DNA of 64,000 bases from Pecten maximus (GCF_902652985.1 NC_047024.1:13392001-13456000), one strand, 5' to 3'; shown: positions 12,380 through 25,619, counted from the first letter of the stretch. Translations and numbers: made by a program. The notes: generated by a model from the sequence alone, not told the origin.

Positions 12380-13701
12380 TTAGTTCAAGGATGGGTATTT
12401 TAATCCACAATATTGTGCTGATGGAAATGTTTTTCTAATTGACGACACAACACACGATGGCAACACTTTTCTGTTTCCTTTCCCAAGTCTTTGGTAAAAT
12501 CCATTGTGTGAGGTTCCAGTAGGCTATGTATCTGTAGACTCTACAAAATATAAAAGAATGATGATAAGAAGGAACAACATGACTTCAAAATGGACAAGTT
12601 TCTGCTTAGTTTGTGCCATAATATTATTATCATTTAGCAAACATAATACATCCAAAAATATTTGCATGCTAGTTATTGAATTAAATTCATGAGAATTTCA
12701 TCATCCATCTAAATGCAAGTCTGAAAACTGACAAACCTGACCAAGATTGTTCTTCATCTGGGAAAGCACAATGCAGGCTTGATTTTTATTGGATATGTTG
12801 ACAATTGGATGTAATTTGCACCCAAAATGTTATAAGACAGTGGGTAAAAACTGTTTCTTCAGAATATAAACGTAATTAACTTACACATGGATGTCACCAC
12901 ACTTGCTGAGATCCTTCCTCTGTTCATTGTATCTGTAATGGCACATCTCGATGACATGCCTGTTGAGGCAGTTCCCCTTGAAACCCCCGTGATCTGTAAT
13001 ACAGGCCAGGCCTGCTTCCTACGCCTTTTCATGCACAAGATGTGAATATACACAACACTTATTTTCTAAGTCAGTTGGCTGTTTACACAGTTTCCACAAG
13101 TACACCTGCAATATATATAATGACTATTGAGTAGTGACTTTGACTATGACCACACAGATACTCAGTAAATTAGCGGTATATAGCAATGATATTAGTTTTT
13201 CTAAAAGCTTACACGGATGTCAGAAAAGGAAACTCGTTATTGATATAAATTCACTATGAAAAAGGTGAAAAATAGTTATCGAAATGTACGGCCAATGCTA
13301 AGACGGTGAACAGGGCTTCATTCCGCCATCTTGTGGCGTCACCCCACTACAGCTCAGAAGTATAGATTTCAATAGCGATTAAAGCTTATATTAATTTATC
13401 TTATTTTCTCACATTCACTGGATAACCATGGTGAAAAATTCATATACTAATATATGTAAATTAAGTAGGAACTTTAAGAAGCGTACATTTAGATTACCAC
13501 TAACCTGTTCTCGTTTGCGATCGTTGGGCCATCAGAAACGGCGAACCTGTCGGAACTGTCTAATAAGAATGCTTCTCCGTCCGAATCTGAGCGGTCAGAA
13601 TCGTCATCAGATGATTCGTGTGACTTTTGTCCTTGACCTCTTATAGGTACATACATATATGGTTGGATTTTGACAGAAAGCTCGAAGTCAACATCTTGTA
13701 T
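12380..13701 (-). pseudogene. KolX-like gene copy 3, start codon deleted
   Basis: Homologous to copy 1; shares copy 1's 1-bp exon-2 deletion. Confidence 0.8.
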
Positions 13702-14256
13702 TCTCTTATAATTGATGGATAATTTTAATTTTAATTTTCGTTAGAATTGACCTTTGAGGCTAAAAGCGAGGCAGTGTCAAGGGAGATATCAGGAAGAAAA
13801 TGATGTTCAGAAAAAAACAACAAACAAAAACAACTGGAACCTTATACATGTAGTCCCCACTTAAAATTATGCAATCGGACAGGAGGCCATTTTAGGAGAA
13901 ATACGCTTCTTTTAGGTCGTGTACCATTGATATAGGTATTATATGCTTATATGACATATACACTCTACCCTCTATCGTCCCACAGTAGTTGCGTCCGAAA
14001 AATATAATATTTCTTTGAATATTTGTTTTTCTTAATTTGTTCGCAATGTAACCTATTTCGTACTTTCAATTTTCTCTGTATTGTCAATAGAACCTTACCA
14101 AACATTATTCAATGTTCATAATTTCGATTGCTGTAGTGAACAAGGAACAATTTTTGCAATTGCATAATTTATAATTTAAATTTACGTTATATTTCCATCT
14201 GAAAAAATTCTCCCAAATAAGTCGCGACGTCAGAATAATTAACAGTTCATAGAATG

Positions 14257-15530
14257 TCATACAGTATCGTCATCGTCGGCGTCATTGATTAGAAGGATTC
14301 TTCGGTATTTCCTCGGAGATTCAGTAACTTGAGAGGAAGAAGATTGTAATGGTATTTGAAATGAAACACCGCAAGAAACATTCGCCCCGAAAAAAAAAAT
14401 CCAATGGTAAGACTTGACATTCTCGGTATCGTTGTAGTTTTAACCGATGCGGCTGCATCTTCATTTCTCGAATGTCCTATTTCACAACAAGAAATGTTGA
14501 TGATGCACATTTTGGTGACAGAGCTGCTTTTGGGACATTTGGTAAGATTTCACGGCGTTGATTCGTAGACACCATTGTATTATTGTTTACACTATTTACA
14601 TATTTGTTGCCACTAATCAACTGCATGATCGCTGTCGGTGCGACGCCCGAATGCAAAAGTTTTGTTCGCAGAGTTGTTCGGCTACAAGGCCAGCATTGTT
14701 TGCCATTGTTTTGAACATCACAGAAAGTTTAGTTTTCCAACTGGCTGATTTTAAAAGCACTTTTTATCGTTCTCGTTATGATTAATACGTTGTAGCGATT
14801 CGGCAGTGTTAATTTCATGAGGCATATGATTTGTGTAAAGTTTATGGGTTTTCGTCGACCTTTCATTGAATTCAAAATTTCTAAATTCCGAGGTTGTCAA
14901 ACCAGGCTGTAGCAGGCAACAGAACAGAGGGAAATGTTTATTTCAATAAAGTCGATATATCTAAAAATGTTAGAGGAGTTATTTGTTTTCAATTATATCT
15001 AGATATAGAATATTGTTTGTAAAATATTTCCATATCTTTAAATAAAGGTAATAAGATACAGCGGCAGTTCATTTCATCCAACCAACAGTCTATTTCAAGT
15101 TGTAATTGCTGGGATTGAGAGGAGAATTCCCTTAGAATAAGCTCCGACTGGTATAGTGATACAACATCTTGTATTACACACATGTGATACAAACCCACAT
15201 AAAACATGGACAGAAAGTTGTTGTATTACTATTGTGAGATTACATTGGTATGTGATAAAATGAGGTCACTATGCTGGTCGTGAAAAAGCATAAATCTCAA
15301 AATTTATTGCTTACTCAAGGACAAATGATTTTCTAATTAACATTTTTATAACCCATTTTTGATTAATTTCAGGAAGCAATCTGTAACCCGTATTAGTGAA
15401 ATGTCTTTTTTTTCGAAATCGTGCCTTATTCCTGAATTGAACGATAACTGATCATGAAGGAGATAAAAATTTTGGCCGTCGACATCTTTAATTTCACAGA
15501 TCGCGGTTATAACCAATAAATGGATAAACG
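14257..15530 (-). pseudogene. Crypton-type recombinase remnant, array copy
   Basis: Homologous to 4333-5600. Confidence 0.75.
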
Positions 15531-16300
15531 TGTGTCAATCTCAACAACCATCCGCAAAATGTAACCACCATTTTTGTTTTTTGCATATTTAATAAAATCA
15601 AATAAGTGCTGTTATTGTTGGTCATTAATTCCAAAATCAAAATACCGTTTAACAGCTATACAGTATTGTACGTAGTTATAATTATAACAGTGTTCCCTGT
15701 TATATGTCAACAGCTTGGTTTTATTTGATGTAACGCCCGACCACAAGCAATGATCATTTGAGGACGGCACTTAGTATGTGGGTGTATGTGTTCAATATTT
15801 GTGCATTCGTATGAGTTTCCTTGTGGTAGTGGCGAACTGATGTGGACTTGATAGTGCCGCCTCATAAAGTATTGTCAATGACACCAGGAAACCTCACCCG
15901 AACACACTGCCACCCCCCTTCCATATGCTATTGATAAGCAGGCAGTAGAAACTTCCGTGTTAAAGGTCTCTGAGATATCTACATGTAGATCAAGAAAAGA
16001 AACCAAAGCCTTCCTCACAAGGGAGAAAGCTCAACTTAAAGGTCAATTAAAATGGGTTTTTTTCAAACAGTTTAAATCACTTGAATAGAACCTTAAACTA
16101 TTCTGAAAATGATTGTTCCGTTTTGTTTTATTAAATTTCACGCCAATCGCCAGGTATCGCAAATAAACAAACACCTGAGATCGCTATAGCAAAATAGCAC
16201 ACGAGTGACTTTCCTTTGCTCGTGACGTCACTGATGACAGTCGAGAAGAAACGCGTAGCCATATTGAAATCACTGACCTGTAGTAGCTGACTCATCGGGC

Positions 16301-17084
16301 ATGGTTCAATGCGCTGCATATAATGGTACCGTCAAGTCGGGACAAGGGCTCAGCCTTTATATATTCCCAAAGGATAAGACACTGAGAAAGATATGGATGG
16401 GAAAGCTCAGAAGGCAGGTTTTTTTCCCCAAGCCAACATTCTAAACTTTGCGAGCGGTACTTCGAGGACGACCAATTTGCAGTGAACCCCAGTCACTTTC
16501 CTGGACACTGAAAAGAAAGAAATTAGTCCCTAATGCCGTGCCGACAAATTTCGATTATAAAAGGAAGATAGTAGAAGCAAAAAGGAAGTCCACGTTTCAA
16601 GCAAAAACGACGACGGATAGAGGTAAATTAATTGGAAAGATGGAGCATTTCTTACCCCAAGGCAAGAAACGGAGAAGGAGTTGCGAAAGACGTGAAAGTA
16701 AAAGCAACATATGGTAAGAGATTGTGGTCTCAATTTGAAACATAAAAAATGCATTTCTTGATCCTTATATGTACTTCAGTGAACAGAAGGTAAAAGTAAG
16801 TTATAAGTAATAGCTCAGCAGAGGATACTTTGAAGAATAAATAAAACAAGAAAGCTTTTCAGATCAGAAAAATTTATATGTAACATTAATTGTATCAATT
16901 TTCATTTTACAGACTATGTTGAAGAACTTTTTGAAGACCCAATTCTTCGTAGAGAATTAAACAACACATTCACGCAAGCCAGAGCAGCATGCAACATGCA
17001 AAATAAGGAGCGCCCATCTCCACTCTCGAAGAGTTGCACCCATGAAAGGTGCATAGGCATAAATCAAGATTTAATGGACTTTGA
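16301..17084 (+). pseudogene. THAP/transposase remnant, copy 4, frameshifted
   Basis: ATG at 16301; 1-bp insertion near 16420, 10-bp deletion near 16490, 13-bp deletion near 17050 relative to copy 1. Confidence 0.8.
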
Positions 17085-17314
17085 AAGTGCTAGAGTGAGC
17101 TTGATGGATATACGTTAGACTGACTTTTATAAGAGTGTAAATTCAATACCCGGAAACTATTGTCTGTTTTGTTCAACTTGAACATTAATTATATTGACAT
17201 TGAAAACGTTGTGAATAATGGATTGTAATTCAGTTGAAAATAAATTGCTGGACAGTTAATAAATTCTGTACATAAAACATGTTTGACTTGTTTATTATTT
17301 GTATTGATTACTAT

Positions 17315-18636
17315 TTAGTTCAAGGATGGGTATTTTAATCCACAATATTGTGCTGATGGAAATGTTTTTCTAATTGACGACACAACACACGATGGCAACA
17401 CTTTTCTGTTTCCTTTCCCAAGTCTTTGGTAAAATCCATTGTGTGAGGTTCCAGTAGGCTATGTATCTGTAGACTCTACAAAATATAAAAGAATGATGAT
17501 AAGAAGGAACAACATGACTTCAAAATGGACAAGTTTCTGCTTAGTTTGTGCCATAATATTATTATCATTTAGCAAACATAATACATCCAAAAATATTTGC
17601 ATGCTAGTTATTGAATTAAATTCATGAGAATTTCATCATCCATCTAAATGCAAGTATGAAAACTGACAAAACTGACCAAGATTGTTCTTCATCTGGGAAA
17701 GCACAATGCAGGATTGAATTTTATCGGATATGTTGACAATTGGATGTAATTTGCACCCAAAATGTTATAAGACAGTGGGTAAAAACTGTTTCTTCAGAAT
17801 ATAAACGTAATTGACTTACACATGGATGTCACCACACTTGCTGAGATCCTTCCTCTGTTCATTGTATCTGTAATGGCACATCTCGATGACATGCCTGTTG
17901 AGGCAGTTCCCCTTGAAACCCTCGTGATCTGTAATACAGGCCAGGCCTGCTTCCGACGCCTTGTCATGCACAAGATGTGAATATACACAACACTTATTTT
18001 CTAAGTTAGTTGGCATGTTTACATAGTTTCCACAAGTACACCTGCAATATATATAATGACTATTGAGTAGTGACTTTGACTATGACCACACAGATACTCA
18101 GTAAATTAGCGGTATATAGCAATGATATTAGTTTTCTAAAAGCTTACACGGATGTCAGAAAAGGAAACTCGTTATTGATATAAATTCACTATGAAAAAGG
18201 TGAAAAATAGTTATCGAAATGTATGGCCAATGCTAAGACGGTGTACAGGACTTCATTCCGCCATCTTGTGGCGTCACCCCACTACAGCTCAGAAGTATAG
18301 ATTTCAATAGCGATTAAAGCTTATATTAATTTATCTTATTTTCTCACATTCACTGGATATCCATGGTGAAAAATTCATATACTAATATATGTAAATTAAG
18401 TAGGAACTTTAAGAAGCGTACATTTAGATTACCACTAACCTGTTCTCGTTTGCGATCGTTGGGCCATCAGAAACGGCGAACCTGTCGGAACTGTCTAATA
18501 AGAATGCTTCTCCGTCCGAATCTGAGCGGTCAGAATCGTCATCAGATGATTCGTGTGACTTTTGTCCTTGACCTCTTATAGGTACATACATATATGGTTG
18601 GATTTTGACAGAAAGCTCGAAGTCAACATCTTGTAT
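17315..18636 (-). pseudogene. KolX-like gene copy 4, start codon deleted; exon 2 open
   Basis: ORF 17816-18016 MPTNLENKCC..CITDHEGFKGNCLNRHVI is uninterrupted in this copy. Confidence 0.8.
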
Positions 18637-19191
18637 TCTCTTATAATTGATGGATAATTTTAATTTTAATTTTCGTTAGAATTGACCTTTGAGGCTAAAA
18701 GCGAGGCAGTGTCAAGGGAGATATCAGGAAGAAAATGATGTTCAGAAAAAAACAACAAACAAAAACAACTGGAACCTTATACATGTAGTCCCCACTTAAA
18801 ATTATGCAATCGGACAGGAGGCCATTTTAGGAGAAATACGCTTCTTTTAGGTCGTGTACCATTGATATAGGTATTATATGCTTATATGACATATACACTC
18901 TACCCTCTATCGTCCCACAGTAGTTGCGTCCGAAAAATATAATATTTCTTTGAATATTTGTTTTTCTTAATTTGTTCGCAATGTAACCTATTTCGTACTT
19001 TCAATTTTCTCTGTATTGTCAATAGAACCTTACCAAACATTATTCAATGTTCATAATTTCGATTGCTGTAGTGAACAAGGAACAATTTTTGCAATTGCAT
19101 AATTTATAATTTAAATTTACGTTATATTTCCATCTGAAAAAATTCTCCCAAATAAGTCGCGACGTCAGAATAATTAACAGTTCATAGAATG

Positions 19192-20458
19192 TCATACAGT
19201 ATCGTCATCGTCGGCGTCATTGATTAGAAGGATTCTTCGGTATTTCCTCGGAGATTCAGTAACTTGAGAGGAAGAAGATTGTAATGGTATTTGAAATGAA
19301 ACACCGCAAGAAACATTCGCCCCGAAAAAAAAAATCCAATGGTAAGACTTGACATTCTCGGTATCGTTGTAGTTTTAACCGATGCGGCTGCATCTTCATT
19401 TCTCGAATGTCCTATTTCACAACAAGAAATGTTGATGATGCACATTTTGGTGACAGAGCTGCTTTTGGGACATTTGGTAAGATTTCACGGCGTTGATTCG
19501 TAGACACCATTGTATTATTGTTTACACTATTTACATATTTGTTGCCACTAATCAACTGCATGATCGCTGTCGGTGCGACGCCCGAATGCAAAAGTTTTGT
19601 TCGCAGAGTTGTTCGGCTACAAGGCCAGCATTGTTTGCCATTGTTTTGAACATCACAGAAAGTTTAGTTTTCCAACTGGCTGATTTTAAAAGCACTTTTT
19701 ATCGTTCTCGTTATGATTAATACGTTGTAGCGATTCGGCAGTGTTCATTTCATGAGGCATATGATTTGTGTAAAGTTTATGGGTTTTCGTCGACCTTTCA
19801 TTGAATTCAAAATTTCTAAATTCCGAGGTTGTCAAACCAGGCTGTAGCAGGCAACAGAACAGAGGGAAATGTGTATTTCAATAAAGTCGATATATCTAAA
19901 AATGTTAGAGGAGTTATTTGTTTTCAATTATATCTAGATATAGAATATTGTTTGTAAAATATTTCCATATCTTTAAATAAAGGTAATAAGATACAGCGGC
20001 AGTTCATTTCATCCAACCAACAGTCTATTTCAAGTTGTAATTACTGGGATTGACAGGAGAATTCCCTTACAATAAGCTCCGACTGGTATAGTGATACAAC
20101 ATCTTGTATTACACATATGTGATACAAACCCACATAAAACATGGACAGAAAGTTGTTGTATTACTATTGTGAGTTTACATTGGTATGTGATAAAATGAGG
20201 TCACTGTGCTGGTCGTGAAAAAGCATAAATCTCCAAATTTATTGCTTACTCAAGGACAAATGATTTTCTAATTAACATTTTTATAACCCATTTTTGATTA
20301 ATTTCAGGAAGCAATCTGTAACCCGTATTAGTGAAATGTCTTTTTTTCGAAATCGTGCCTTATTCCTGAATTGAACGATAACTGAAGGAGATAAAATTTT
20401 TGGCCGTCGATATCTTTAATTTCACAGATCGCGGTTATAACCAATAAATGGATCAACG
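19192..20458 (-). pseudogene. Crypton-type recombinase remnant, array copy
   Basis: Homologous to 4333-5600. Confidence 0.75.
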
Positions 20459-20936
20459 TGTTTCAATCTCAACAACCATCCTCAAAATGTAACCACCATT
20501 TTGTTTTTTGCATATTTAATAAAATCAAATTTATGTTGCTATTGTTGGTCTTTAATACTGAAATCAATATACCGATTGACACTAGCAAACTCTCAAAACA
20601 GCTACAGTATTGTAATTTGTTATAATTATAACAGTGTTCCCTGTTACATGTCAACAGCTTGGTTTTATTTGATGTAACGCCCGACCAACAGCAATGGTCA
20701 TTTGAGGACGGCATTAAGTATGTGGGTGTATGTGTTGAATATTTGTGCTGTATGTTCGTATGAGTTTCCTTGTGGTAGTGGCGAGCTGATGTGGACATGA
20801 CCCCCCCCCCCCCCCCCCCCCCCCATGCTATTGATAAGCAGGGAAGTAGACACTTTCGTGTTAAAAGACTCTGATATATCTATATGAAGATCAGGAAAAG
20901 AACCCAAAGCCTTCCTCACAAGGGAGAAAGCTCAAC

Positions 20937-20940
20937 TTAA
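20937..20940. other. Empty (uninserted) TTAA target site of the Kolobok element
   Basis: aagctcaac-TTAA-ggccaaaagttaggcagtgt joins the left flank (aagctcaac-TTAA) directly to the right flank (TTGA-ggctaaaagcgaggcagtgt) of the filled copies. Confidence 0.95.
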
Positions 20941-21849
20941 GGCCAAAAGTTAGGCAGTGTAAAGGGAGATATCAGGAAGAAAAAGATGTTCAAAAAACCT
21001 TATAAATGTAGTCACCACTTAAGAATTATACAACGTGACAGCAGGTCATTTTTAGGAGAGATAAGTTTCTTATAGGTCGTGTACCACTAATATAGGTACT
21101 ATATGCTTATATGACATATGCCCTCTACCCCTATCGTTCAACAGAAGTCGCGTCCGAAAAATATGATATTTCTTTAAATAATTTGTTCGCAGTGCAACCT
21201 ATTTCGTACAAGAATTCTCTCGACGAATTGAGGTTGTTGGCGATATGCCATGTTTTGTGTGTATATTACAGTATTTCTATTTTCTCTGCGTTGTCAATAA
21301 ATCCTTACCAAACAAAATTCATTTTTCGTAATTTTTACATTGGTGCAGTGATACGAAGAACAATTTGCAACAATTTATGTAGTTCTGTTGTATTAAAGAT
21401 GAACATCCTAATGATAAAAGATGTTAATAAAAAAATGATGTTGTTTATTTCCACGAGGTTGTATTGATAATATTGCTGTGTAATATTTAAAAGAAAAACG
21501 AGTGTATGGGAAAATCTGTTTTGCTTTGAAATAAAACTGAAATAAAACTAAAAACTTCAGTTTCTACTTTGAAAATGGCCGTCACGTTCCCAGATAATCA
21601 CGAATAATAATTTATCTTACAACTGTGAATCAACTTTCTAACGGTACATGGTATATTTATGCTGCTTTACACATTAAACCTCCTAATCTTGAATTCAATA
21701 TGGCTTCCTCGTCCTAGAATCTGAATGGCCATGTCAGTTCTGGTCCACATCGTAGTCCTAATTGTCAAAGTCTACATACCTAATACCTGTTAGTTGCGAA
21801 ATCTATATTACTTTAGCTTTGTCTTAAACCTTTTCACTTTTGAATGCGA

Positions 21850-23520
21850 ACGCTTACTGGCTTCCAAATGTATATATTATCCTAAAAAGTATAGAATACT
21901 GGCTACGTTGGCATATACCCCATGGGTCTCTGTGAAGTAGGACACCGGAAATAATAATCCTTGATGAGATAAATGTTGTCGAAGCTGTCATGCTGGATCC
22001 AAACTTTGCGTACTTTGCGTTGCTCTTATGCTTATGCCGTGAGCGGATATGATATCGTACAATGCCCCTGTAAATGATCGCGTAGTCATGATCATCATTT
22101 AGGTGGGTACTAATGTAGCCAGCTGCAAGTGATATTTGGTACAAAGTATTTACTACAGGATATTGTGCGAGTGTATTCCATGTTTAACTTAAGAAAGTCA
22201 CAAATACCTGCAGTCTCGTCTAGTTTGACAATTAGTTACTCGGCGTTTCTGGTAAGATCGGGCTTATCTTTCATACGTTGAGCAAGGTGCTGTAAACACT
22301 AAGGCTTGCTCTCATTTTATCAGCCGTCGCCCTATCCTTTGCATCCCACTCTGGTGTTTTAACATTAACCGTTTCTCGAATGCCACTGAGATAGGCTGTT
22401 GCTATTCTAACGAGTGCCCCGTCGACATCCATGAAATAGTTGGAGGCAGGTTGAGTTTAGAAAAAAAAACAGCCATTGCTCGAATTGTCCGTGATATGAC
22501 TGCACTGCCCGTCTAGATTTAGGTTTGGGTACATCAAGGTAAGCTTGTACGTCGCTATGTTGAGTCTGCCAAGGCTTTAGTTAGGACAGCATCTTTCAAA
22601 TAACGTAATTCCAAATCTGGCAAAACATCCCTAAGCCCTCGATCAACAACGGCATTATCATCTCAGCCTGGAGAGACTACTCATGTTGGCTTTTACATCA
22701 TTGCCGCTTTGAGGAAAACGCCCTACTGTGTCAAGAATGTAGCCATCAGGTAGAGCTATGATCATGAACTTCAACTCTTCTAGCCACAGTTGGAGATTCT
22801 CTGGAGCATGTGATCAGACATCTAAAGAAGAAAGATATATGTACCGTCAAGAATAACAGTCGCCCACTTGCCATAAAAAATGTTTCGGAGAACACTGTGT
22901 TGTACTCCAGAATGTTGTATCTTGTAAAATGTTTAAGTCCAAGGAACAATGGAACAGAAGTTATGTCTAATGTTTTTACTATGGAATGAAATGTTTTCGA
23001 TATACTGGAAACTGACATGCAAAAAAGAGTTGAACACTGTTTCCACGACTTCCACATCTTCACTCAGAACGACAGTAGCACGTGCATCCTCGTGGTTGGG
23101 GTGTAAGTACCACTGTCAAAAGATGACAAACAAAGTGAATCTTTTTCTAGAAAATGTCTTTTCGTCCAACCTGTTCACTTTACAACCTACATCATCAACA
23201 GTGGAAAAATGCAGAGTAAATGAAAACTCTTGCTTTTATAGCATATCTATCATCAGTACGAATACCACCATTAGTGTTAAGAGCTTTCCCTATGAGAACA
23301 AAAACATGATGATTATTGACACGACATTTTTTTTTATAGTTTTGAAGCTCTTCATAGCAAAATGTAAAGTAGATCCTCTATGGATAATAATGGAATGTTC
23401 CAACATCAAGCAACCAATTGTGCTGGGAAGTCTGATGTTTCTAGCAGATTTCTTGGTTTTAATGTCTCTCCTAAAGATAACTTTACATACCGCACCTACA
23501 CACCTTTCTCTCATTGTTAG
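21850..23520 (-). pseudogene. Decayed DDE_Tnp_4-type (Harbinger/ISL2EU-like fold) DNA transposase
   Basis: Ordered fragments: AVCK..EHSIIIHRGS; SKTFHSIV..VPLFLGLKHFTR..NTVFS; VILDGTY (D1); SDHMLQR; LKFMIIALPDGYILDTVGRF..GND; VVDRGLRDV (D2); RRAVQSYH (E position); YQISLAAGYISTHL..IRSRH. Many stops and frameshifts. Confidence 0.8.
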
Positions 23521-25619
23521 GCGTCAGACGCTATTTTATAAATAGGATAGAAGCGCTTAATATAGTATTTAAAATCATGGACATAGAAGCCATTCACTCG
23601 AAGAAAATATAGAAAAGTAATTTTAACAGAATAATGAGATTGAGAAATCTTTGGTATATTGTTGCAAGATTGATTCAATCAATATCGGTCATGTTATATG
23701 TATCGTATTTAAAGTCTAATTATAATAAACAACGATGGTCATTAAGGATGTGGTCAGCACATGTCGGCGTTACCTGTAAGCGTGATACGGGTTATTATAT
23801 ATTATGAAAGGTACATCTGTAATAAAGGTTTGGGGTGATTGGGATGATACACACTTTGCACATATGGTAAAGTTTTGCTGTTTTGCAGGGTAAGTGATAA
23901 AGCTCTCTAAACGCTTCAATTATCTTTAATGGGCTGAATATGGATACATTCGAAACGTCACCAAAAAATTGATTTTTTTAACAAAATGCTTAAAAAAATC
24001 ATCGGTGGTATACTTACTGTTTTAGTACTTAGTATTTAATTTATGATTTAAACTTTCCTATTTTGTTACAATAAATGATTATTTTTCTTTTGTGACAGTC
24101 TGCGTTCTTAGTTTAGTAATTTAGGCACGTAATTAGTTGATTATGGCACGAAGCAAGGTGTCGGTTAGTGGTATCTAAGGGAAAACAATTATTTAGGCCG
24201 ACCCCATGGGAAATTAACGTTGCCGGAAACTCCATCTTTGACTTTTAGAATACGATAACATTGTTACAGGTTGAATATAAAAAAAACTAGAATTTAAAAC
24301 GGAAATATAAGGATTAAACTGCCTTCTCTGGAAAGTTATTGTCCTATAACTCTCACAGGATTCCAGACAAATAAATTATAACGGGCTAACGTATACACTC
24401 TATAACACAGTCCCTTACGTCATACCATCTGCCTGTGATCTGGGGTGACTCCCAAGGTATTCCCAGCACAGACGGATACTCTGTAGCCGATGTTCATAAA
24501 CAACAATTAATTATTGACTTGTTTCAGAATGTTCCAAAAATAGTTTGTAATGGCGGCTGTCTTTCGTGCATTATAATACTATCTAATTGGTTGGGGATGT
24601 GCTCTTCATCAGAATAACCATCATTAAAGAGACGTCCAGGGTATGATTTCTTCCCAATTTCCGCTGTTTTGCATTCTATTTCAATATGTCTGACATTTTT
24701 ATTATCTGATATTTATTTATTCCATAATTTTGTCATTTTTTTTTATCATCTGACGTTTATTATTTCGGAATTTACTTTCGCAGCAAATGTTGTTAACGTC
24801 ACATGATCTTTTCGAAACGCAATACAAAACAAAGCTTTTAGGAAAAAATGAACATCGCATGTGTTTGATAACAGAGCGTATGTTGTCTTCGCTATCTCGA
24901 TTGTCGATTCATTCCAAGCAAGAGCGGAGATTGGCTCCCACAGTACCTCAAATGCTTTCATAGAGTGGGGTGTGCTGCCGGCATAATTTCGGTTGGCTGC
25001 TCACGGTGCCTAGACTGTTTGTAAGGAGTGTTTTGTTTGTCTGCTAACGGTGCGGCTGTTGTTTAGTAATCACTCCATTGTCAGAGCACCTGCTAACACA
25101 GTGCGTCAAATGATTATGATTATTACGATGAAATATCACGATTTCTGTGATAAATGTCGACTGTAAACGGGAACATAACTTTGATTCTGGTCAATGAAGA
25201 AATCTTCTCACGATCGTCGAAATTTTCTGTTTTCCTGAATCAATGTAATTAGATTAAACGTGCTATTAACCGGAATCGTAAATGAATAAAAAAAAACCCC
25301 TCGAGTATACTGTACGTCCTGATGTTATGCCCCCGTACTGTTCTTTGGTATCGATGCAACTCTATCTTTTGTGCGCATTTTACCCTCGTTTTGATTATTT
25401 TTGAATTACAATCAAGGCTTGTTTTTTCTTGTCTTTTGTCTCGTTACAGGGTGGCGATAAGTTGCTTCTTGAGCCTCAGCAAATTACCTACAGAACTTCG
25501 AGGATAGTTGCCAACATACGGTATATAGCTTGCTAACAGAGTGTCATTATTATTTTGCCAACAAAGCATCATCGACAATATTTTTAAATCACTTTAATGA
25601 ACTCGTCTCTCATTAATAT

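Larger units (their letters stand above)
11082..13753 (+). mobile_element. Kolobok copy 3 (same ~185-bp deletion)
   Basis: Same termini; TTAA 11078-11081 and TTGA 13754-13757. Confidence 0.9.
16040..18688 (+). mobile_element. Kolobok copy 4 (same deletion; extra indels in the THAP gene)
   Basis: Same termini; TTAA 16036-16039 and TTGA 18689-18692. Confidence 0.9.
1..21370. repeat. Tandem array of a ~5-kb composite unit (2.3-kb Crypton-derived host + nested Kolobok); 4 filled units plus diverged flanking host copies; continues beyond the left edge
   Basis: Identical ORFs and landmarks recur: element left ends at 974, 6123, 11082 and 16040 (periods 5149, 4959, 4958). Homology to 3834-4240 fades at about 21370. 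Confidence 0.97.

Noticed and set aside
974-20940. LTR retrotransposon or composite element with long terminal direct repeats
   Set aside because: No gag/pol between the repeats; the shared mutated TSD and empty site are explained by tandem duplication.
22949-23545. 198-aa plus-strand ORF
   Set aside because: Antisense shadow of the decayed minus-strand transposase; no recognisable motifs.
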